From: Octopus sinensis
Lineage: Eukaryota
Direction of reading: 5' to 3'
Assembly: GCF_006345805.1 (NCBI RefSeq)
Contig: NC_043011.1
Location: forward strand, 31,198,464 to 31,262,463
DNA length: 64,000 nucleotides
In this document: one piece after another, positions 55,830 to 64,000 of the stretch
How the letters are laid out: each line of letters opens with the position of its first letter
Numbering within the stretch: position 1 is the stretch's first letter
The notes under the pieces: model-generated
The model's input: only the letters and a program-made list of their open reading frames with translations
Told to the model about the DNA's origin: nothing
Databases searched by the model: none
Translations under genes and position numbers: made by a program

Positions 55830-57300
55830 CCTAGCGGGTGTAAAAAAAAAATGTGTAGGAAATGAATATGAAAACAAAAATTTGCGCAAACGAATGGGTT
55901 GAGAGGACTTTCGGAAAATTCCCAAGATCCGATTTTTCCCTCATAACTTTAAGGAAAATGGATATATATTGATGAAATTTTATAGAAATACCGTTCAAAT
56001 TACACAAATTACGATTATAAAGAAATTTCTGGAGAAAATGCTTTCCGAAGGGGTGGAGAGAGAACTGTCCGAAAGTTCACGCGATCCTCATAACTTTCAG
56101 GATCTAGTTTAGCGCCCGGTCACAATGCCCCCTCCCAGTCTACTTGGTGTAAAAAGCCGTGTAGAAAAAGAAATGTGGGGTGGGTGGGGAGAAGACTTTC
56201 GGGAAATTCATACGATCCGATTTTTTCCCCCATAACTTTCAGGAAAATGGATATCTATTTAATGAAATTTTACAGAAACACCTTTCAAACAGCATAGATT
56301 ATAATTATAAAGAAATTTTGGGGGAAAATGTTTTCCGAAGAGGTGGGAAGAGGACTGCCGGAAAGTTCATACGATCCGTTTTTACCCCTCATAACTTTCA
56401 GGATCTAGCTTAGCTCCCGGTCACCAAAACGGAAAAAAAACTACTGTAATAGGTGTAAAAAACGTGTAGAAAACGAATATGAAAACAAAAATTTGAGCAA
56501 ACGGAAGGGGATGGGTGGGGAGAGGATATTCGGAAAATTCACACGATCCGATTTTTTTCACTTATAACTTTCAAGAAAACATTTATCTTCACAATTTCTT
56601 TATGATAGTAATCCATGCCGTTTTAAAGGCGTTTCTGTAAAATTTCATTAAAAGCTATCCATTTTCCTGAAAGTTATGGGGGGAAAAATCGGATCGTGTG
56701 AAATTTCCAAAAGTCTCTCCACGCTCACCCCTCTTTCGTCTGCGCTAATTTTTGTCTTCATATTCGTCTTCTACATGGTTTGTTTTACACTTAGTAGACT
56801 AATTTTTTTTCGTTTTGGTGACTTTTGGATGCTAAACTAGATCCTGAAAGTTATGAGGGAAAAAAACGGATCGTGTGAATTTCCCGACACTCTGCTCTCC
56901 ACCCCTTCGGAAAACATTTTCTCTATAAAATTTATTTATAATCGTAATCTATATTGTTTGAAAGGTGTTTCTGTAAAATTTCCTTAAAAGATATCCATTT
57001 TCCTGAAAGTTATGAGGGAAAACACCGGATCGTGTGAATTTTACGAAATCCCCTCCCCACCCTTTCGGAAAACATTTTCCCCAGAAATTACTTTATTATT
57101 GTAATCTGTACCATTTGAACGGTATTTCTATAGAAATTCATCAATATATATCCATTTTCCTTAAAGTTATGAGGGAATTTTCCGAAAGTCCTCTCCCCAC
57201 TCCCCGCTCGTTTGCGCAAATTTTTATTTTCATATTCATTTTCTACACATTTTTTTAACGTCTAGTAGGCTGTTTTTTATTTTGTTTTCGTGACCGGGTC
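55830..57300. mobile_element. Modular foldback element: about 300-bp units in tandem, then inverted about position 56590; further fragment at about 60380..60700
   Basis: Repeated CATAACTTTCAGGAAAATGGATAT and GGTGGGGAGAGG..TTCGGAAA units, and their reverse complements on the right half. Confidence 0.7.
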
Positions 57301-57589
57301 TTAAACTGTATATTGACCATCCTTTCTACTATAGGCACAAGGCCTGAAATTTTTTGGGAGGAGGTAAGTCAATTACATCGACCCCAGTACTCAACTGGTA
57401 CTTATTTTACCGGCCCCGAAAGGATGAAAGGCAAAGTCGACCGTAGCGGAATTTGAACTGAGAACGTCAGGACCAAGCTAAAAATGAGCCACCTCTTGCC
57501 AGATGTAAAAATGGATTTACCAACACCTTTACCTTGAAAAAAAAAACAAAGGTACAGAAATATTGGTGATAATTCAAAATCAACAAAAC

Positions 57590-57755
57590 TTGGAGAGAGG
57601 AATACCTTCCCTCGGGCAGAGCAGAAAAAAAAAAAAAACAGATCTAACTGAAAAGAAACAGAAAAATACAGCCCTGAGTCGTGAACAGTGGAGAAAAGTC
57701 ATCGACAGCCTATGCTATGCGTCTCTGAGAGTGAAGGGATTAAGCAAGCAATCTA
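57590..57755 (+). mobile_element. RTE LINE 3' tip
   Basis: ALSREQWRKVIDSLCY...with an (AAGC)n tail. Confidence 0.55.
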
Positions 57756-58479
57756 AAGTAAGATGCTCAGTCCATATTGGCTACGAATAAGATATCCAGT
57801 TCATTAGCAGATATCGATGTAGTTCAATTCTATATGCAGCGAGAACGTAAAAAAAAAAAAAAGCGAATAAACAAAAGACGACGAATATTTCACTAACTTC
57901 TTTTAGCGCTGATTCCAAATATTGCTTTAAAGCCAGAGAAAAAGTACGGAAACCCTGTAGTGTAACTTTCATATGACGAGTAAAATATGGAAACCCCATA
58001 GTGTAACATTCATATAATGAGTAATGTACGGAATATATATTTTGTCACTCGAGTAATATCAGGTAAAGTGACACAGGGAGAATAATCATATCTAATTTTA
58101 TTTTATTTTTTCAAATTTCATTGTGATTTAATACTAATGAAATGAATACTGATTTCCAAAATAAAGATATTAATTAAATTGAAATAAAACTTATTTTACT
58201 TTTATTCTAATTCAAGTTTCTCATTTATATATTTACAATATAACTTTGCCTTTCAAGGTCAATGAAATAAAAGTATTAATCAAGTACCGGAGTCGATGTA
58301 CTCGACTGACTCTCTTACCCTAAAACTGCTAATCTTGTGCCACAATTTGAAACAATTATGAAATTATCATACCTTTTTTTAAAATACTAAAATGTAATTT
58401 TAAGATTATTGGTTGCTATTTTTAGCAAAACGAGGTCCACATATTTTAAACAAATTTTAATTATATTTTCGTAGCCCTG

Positions 58480-59050
58480 GTATATGTAACACACTTCCTA
58501 AGTACCAATCTTGAGAAATTAGGATTCTCAAAACCAGAAAGGAGAAAGCTGATTCGAAGACTACATGTACAAGCCATCACTGGAACTGTAAACATTTGTA
58601 AAACTTTCCAGAAGTTTACCATTTAAGTATATTATTGTGTGGACGCCCCCAGACGATGAAGTAGGCTAGTCCAATACGTAGATATATAGAGAGAAGCCTA
58701 GACGTCGTGAGTAGTAAGAGTAGAGCGAGTAGAGGCCATCCGAACGTGCGACATAACAGTGACGATGATTTCGTAGCTCACACAGCCACTGTGTAGTATT
58801 GCGATATAACATATATATATAAGCATGTTTAGACAAACAACTATATGTATGAGTATATATATGCATAAAATAAAACATACAAATCTCTACATGCACTAAC
58901 TCCAAATACTGCACATATACTCACATACATGCAAAAATACTCTGTTGATGTTGTTGAAATTCAAATGAGGGAGCCTTGGATCTAAGTTAGAAACCGGTTC
59001 TTTCTCTATTGGCAAAAAATCTTGAAATGAAACTGAATAATTACATACAT
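58480..59050 (+). mobile_element. R4/Dong-like 3' fragment, interrupted by a 177-bp TG...CA insertion (58635..58811)
   Basis: Aligns with 14815..15235 on both sides of the insertion. Confidence 0.75.
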
Positions 59051-61014
59051 CTATACTATAATGAATAAAGTTGCTTATTAATTAGATATGTAACAATTAC
59101 TAAATTATTAAAGGGTTGACTGTCTGGAAATATTTTTATAAATTCATGTTCTAAGAAATTTCCTATAATTTCGATTTCTCAAGTTTATTGAATTTTTTTA
59201 AAGTCCAATTTCTCGCAAATTTAAATATTCACTGCGTCCATTTCATCACAAATTTAAATATTCATTGCATTCACTGCGGAGTATTCCATTTTCATTTGCA
59301 AAGTTTCTCTTTTAAGTTTTAATTCGCTATTAATGTATACGTAATGTAAAAACATTAGTTATTGAATGAATTTTTTTTTAAATACCCGTATAATTTTTGA
59401 ACGCGGGATAGCTGTGAGAAGAGCCTAGAAAGCTGGGTAATTACTATTAGAAGACGAAGAGAGAAAAAACAAAAAGTTACCGACAAGTACTCGAAACTTG
59501 CACCTTATTCAGTTTCCAAACACAACTTCAACAGTCACACACACATACCAATACACACTCGCGCACGCACATAGATACACATACACACAAATAAAAGGCA
59601 ATGAATGTGTGTGTGTGTGGGGGTTTGTGTGTACGTGTATGCATGCGTGCGTGTGTGTGGTTGTGTGTGTGCGTGCATGTGTGTGTCTGTGTGTGTGTGT
59701 ACGTGGTGTGTGTGTGTGTGTGTGCGTGCGCTGTTCCCTGACAAAACTTCGTACTGCATCACTTTCATGAAGTTTTGTCAGAGAACAGGTCGCGGTTTCA
59801 AAGCGATGAAAATATTTTGACACAAATGAACCTTTAATGTTGAAGTGAAACTAACGGTATTTGTGTGTTCTTGAATGGTTTACAAACATCTTCCACGCTG
59901 CAATTGTTTTTATTTCAGCACACGATCTCAGATCAAGTCACTTGCTATGCAAGTTCATCTCCGTAATTTTTTAAAATCACTATGTTTAAACGCCAGCAAT
60001 GACCTTCTCAGGCTTTCCAATATTCAAACTTCTAAACAGAAACAATCGGGAGTAGGGAGTGGGGTTGCAAAGAATTCATAATTTCTCAAATTTTCTTTTT
60101 TATAGCATATAAATGTATTTAGGTGGTGGTGGTGGGGATATTGAAAAACATTAATACATGCGAGAATGATAAAGAAACGAGGAGGGTTGTCTTTGAATGT
60201 GCTAGAAACAACAGCCAAATCGTCCTCAAATCACTTTTCCCTCTGAAAATATTAACAAATTTTCTTTATTTTTTGTTACCGAAAAAAAAAAAAGGCCAAA
60301 GTAGGTCCGGGAGGGGGGATGTAAAAATAAGTTTTCAAAACTTTTTCATACAAAGATGCATACCCCGCCCATCATTTCGAAGACTTTGGTTTTTAAAAAA
60401 ATGGGTAAAATCCCCGAAAATATTTCCCCCACAAATTTCTTTATAATCGTAATCTATGCTGTTTGAAAGGGATGTGTATAAATTTTCATTAAAAGATACC
60501 CATCTTCCTGAAAGTTATGAGGGAAAAAAGTCAGACCGAATGAGTTTTCTGAAACTCCCCACTCCACCTCCTCGCAAAAGTTCTTTCCCATAAATTCCTA
60601 ATAATTTGAAGCCACACTATCTAAGCAGTAGTTTTAGAAAATTTTGTTAAAAAGTATCCATTTTTCTGGATGTTATGAGACCATTAAGTCGGGGGCGTAT
60701 ACATCTGTAGTAATGCTCTTTTATTTCATGTTTATTTCATTCATTGTTTTCAATGTCCTCCCTCTCTCTCTCTCTCTCTCACACACACACTGCAAAGCTT
60801 ACAAATGGGCTGCTGAATAGAAATCACTATGATGCTTTGAGGGGAAGGTAAAACTCGACAAACTACTTCTCCCTCTGTTGTTGGACTACCGTGATGTTTG
60901 TTTAAAAAAGAGGGATTATAACTGTGATAAAATAATAAAAGCAATATTTACTAGGCAAGTGAGCACTATTATAGAGAGAAATAATTAGGCGTAAAATTTT
61001 TAAAATGATTAGAA

Positions 61015-62079
61015 ATGGGAAGAAAATGCGAAAATATTATCAAGTGGCTAGCAGAAAACCTTTCTGCTAGTACATATAATAAAGGTAAAAGTAAAGACCC
61101 TCCCACTTCAGTCATGCTTCAACTGATCTTGATGAGTCCATCACCCTTTGTGACTTTTGGAAGATATACGATATCTACAAGGCTGGACAGAACATAGCAG
61201 CAACATGGAACGATGTACAGAGTACAGTTATGAATGGTATATGGAAGAAGCTATACCCGAAGTTCGTGAATGATTTTAACGGGTTTGATAATGTTGCCAT
61301 CAACAAAACGTTGGTGATTACGAGCCAAGAACTGGAAATGGAATTGGAGGAGGAGGAGGATTTCACAGATTTATTTGAAAAAAGACAAGTAGCCCCTGAC
61401 GAACGACGATTTGATAGAGCTTCACGAGCAGCAAAATAAAGAAGAAGAGGAAGTCGAACCTGATCCACGTCACTTTACCATTTACATTATCGAAAAAGGC
61501 CTTTCTATGTTCGAGGATATGGATCCAAATGCTTTTGCTCCTTATAATGTAATCCTTGAGGAAAAGAAGACAGTTCAAGGAATACTCAACCGGCTTTTTA
61601 AGCGCATCGAACAAGAACAGCCTATCAGTTGTTGATGTTGACAATCCACAGTCATTTATATCTGCGATGTAAACCACCAAATTGTATGTACGTATTCGTA
61701 AATTTAGAATAATTTAGTGTTTATTTTACTATTGCAAAATAAAAATAATTACTGAATTTGTTTTTTAAGCTTAAAAAAGACTTTTATTTTACCATGTCTT
61801 ATTGCAAACTGCATTCATAAATAAAGCATCTGCGATGTACAGTAGATACCGCCAAACTGTATTCGTAAATTCAGATTACTTTTTTTTTTACTGTACTGTA
61901 TTAAAAAAATAAAAATTATTTGTCTGTAACCATGTATTATTGAAATGCATTCATAAATAAAGTACAGAACTGGGAGTGGTTATTATCGGTTTAGCATAAG
62001 GACGAGTAAATTCGGCCTCGCCTAGTCCAGAGACAAGTTCTCCTGGAACCAATTAACGACGTAGGGTGACGTATGCCTG
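61015..62079 (+). mobile_element. Tigger/pogo transposase C-terminal remnant with right TIR
   Basis: MNGIWKKLYPKFVNDFNGFD...ELEMELEEEEDFTDL (Tigger-like C-terminus); ends GGAACCAATTAACGACG...CCTG|TA. Confidence 0.7.
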
Positions 62080-62669
62080 TATATATATATATAAATAATA
62101 GTGTAATAAATAAAATATATGCATACATACATATATATATGTACGTACCTACATCTACATGTATATATACATGCATATATAAATATATATACGTGAGCAC
62201 AGGACACCACAAATAGACGCAGAACTCAACGAGAACGAAAACGTAAAAACAAGCATGGAACGAAACTTTTTTTTACAAAGAAAAACAGAGTACTAGACAA
62301 ACTACACAAGGAAAATTCCCCTTCATCAGCTGTCCCTAGTTCAACTCCAGCGTGTTTCGAAGGTGAGGACAGAACACGACTCGTCGAACTAGCCCTTCCT
62401 GCGAAGAAATTAAAGGAAATTACTTCGCAGAGGGGTAAAAACAAGGAAAGAACAAAATGTGACACAAACAAGACGTAAAAACGATACAAATAAAATTACA
62501 AAATAAAATACAAAATAAAATACAAAATAAAAATACAATTACAAAAAAATACAAGAAATAAAAACACACAAGAAAACAACCAAAGAGGGCCTTTTTTGCC
62601 TAGACGAGGAGAGATTCAAGGAGCGCAAGAAAACCGTGTATGTATGTTTGTATGTATGTGTGTGTGTTA

Positions 62670-62827
62670 CATACAGGTATGGCTGAGTAATAAGAAGTTT
62701 GCTTCCCATCCACATATTTCCTGATTCAGTTCCAGTGCGTGACACCTTGGACACGTGTGCCTCGGTCCGACTAAAGCCTTGTGAGTGGATTTGGTAGACA
62801 GAAACTGAAAGAAGCCCGTCGTATATA

Positions 62828-62872
<45 letters not shown>

Positions 62873-63151
62873 TTACATTATATAATTAGGGCTTAGTAAA
62901 ATAAATTACTTTGCCACATACTGAACTTAGTAGAAATAGCAGCCAAAAAAGTTTTTTTAGCCGTTTCTACTACTTAAAGAAAGTTTCTCTCAGATAATGT
63001 TTACATTAATGTAAACATTATCTGAGAGAAACTTTCTTTAAGTAGTAGAAACGGCTAAAAAAAACTTTTTTGGCTGCTATTTCTACTAAGTTCAGTATGT
63101 GGCAAAGTAATTTATTTTACTAAGCCCTAATTATATAATGTAATATATATA

Positions 63152-63230
<79 letters not shown>

Positions 63231-63481
63231 TATATACGACGGGCTTCTTTGTAAACATTATCTGAGAGAAACTTTCTTTAAGTAGTAGAAACGGCTAAAA
63301 AAAACTTTTTTGGCTGCTATTTCTACTAAGTTCAGTATGTGGCAAAGTAATTTATTTTACTAAGCCCTAATTATATAATGTAATATTTTGAATTCGCCTT
63401 AAATGGTCCTTTTACATACTGAACACTTGGTGAAATTGATTGATTAATTAATTTTACCCTCAATTGTTGATATATATATAT

Positions 63482-63523
<42 letters not shown>

Positions 63524-63960
63524 AAATAAGAAAATGGAGGAATAGATTCCTTTCAATCATCAACTTACAGATAATACCAATTCATATAATTTATTAACTA
63601 ATTAAATAGGAACATCCAAATCCGACAGAATAAAACAATATACATCAATAAGGCAGTATATTGGATAACTGATATCCCATAGTGGGTTACACTCATTACC
63701 CCTATCTCACTTTGTTCTTATATAATATGTGTGTGTGTGTGTGTTTATGTGTCTCTGTTTGCCTCCACCAATATTGCTTGACAACCAATGCTTGTGCGCT
63801 TACGTCATCGTAACTTAGCGGTTCGGTGAAAGATATCGATAGAATATGCACTAGGCTGACAAAGAATAAGTCCTGGAGTCGATTTGCTCGACTAAAGGCG
63901 GTGCTCCAGCATGGCCACAGTCAAATGACCGAAACAAGTAAAAGAATAAAAGAATAAAAG
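62670..63960 (+). mobile_element. Family-A SINE split into a 5' half (62670..62830) and a 3' half (63720..63960) by about 890 bp inserted in its central microsatellite
   Basis: Both halves are in the same orientation and the correct order. Confidence 0.6.
62808..63386. repeat. Zero-spacer palindrome (centre 63007/63008) followed by a direct copy of 63011..63146 at 63251..63386
   Basis: Direct observation. Confidence 0.92.
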
Positions 63961-64000
63961 TATATGTGTGTGCGTGTGTTTGTTTGTTTGTTTGTGTGTG

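Overview
AT-rich, microsatellite- and transposon-dense animal genomic DNA; the abundant SINE families resemble those I know from octopus (organism is an inference). Three spliced host genes were reconstructed by hand. (1) The first coding exon of a dUTPase (DUT) at 2748..2845 on the minus strand; this exon is absent from the ORF track and its later exons were not found in the window. (2) A complete 4-exon RPS27 at 24542..32822 on the plus strand (84 aa), with a TATA box and a 5'TOP motif. (3) The main find: an 8-coding-exon minus-strand gene (54800..33742; 2562 nt CDS, 853 aa, all GT-AG junctions phase-compatible). It encodes three tandem GPR1/FUN34/YaaH (SatP/Ady2 acetate-channel) like membrane repeats fused in frame to a C-terminal YrdC/Sua5 (threonylcarbamoyl-AMP synthase) domain that retains the PTDTVY, KxR, SxN and RxG motifs. 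It lies tail-to-tail with RPS27. The rest of the window is repeats: tRNA-derived SINEs, RTE and R4/Dong-like LINE fragments, a decayed Ty3/gypsy pol, Tc1/mariner/pogo remnants, piggyBac- and Merlin-like MITEs, Helentron-type HINEs and several large foldback or palindromic structures. One of these (62808..63386) may be an assembly artefact. No rRNA, bona fide tRNA or CRISPR array was found. TE boundaries are approximate unless TSDs are quoted.
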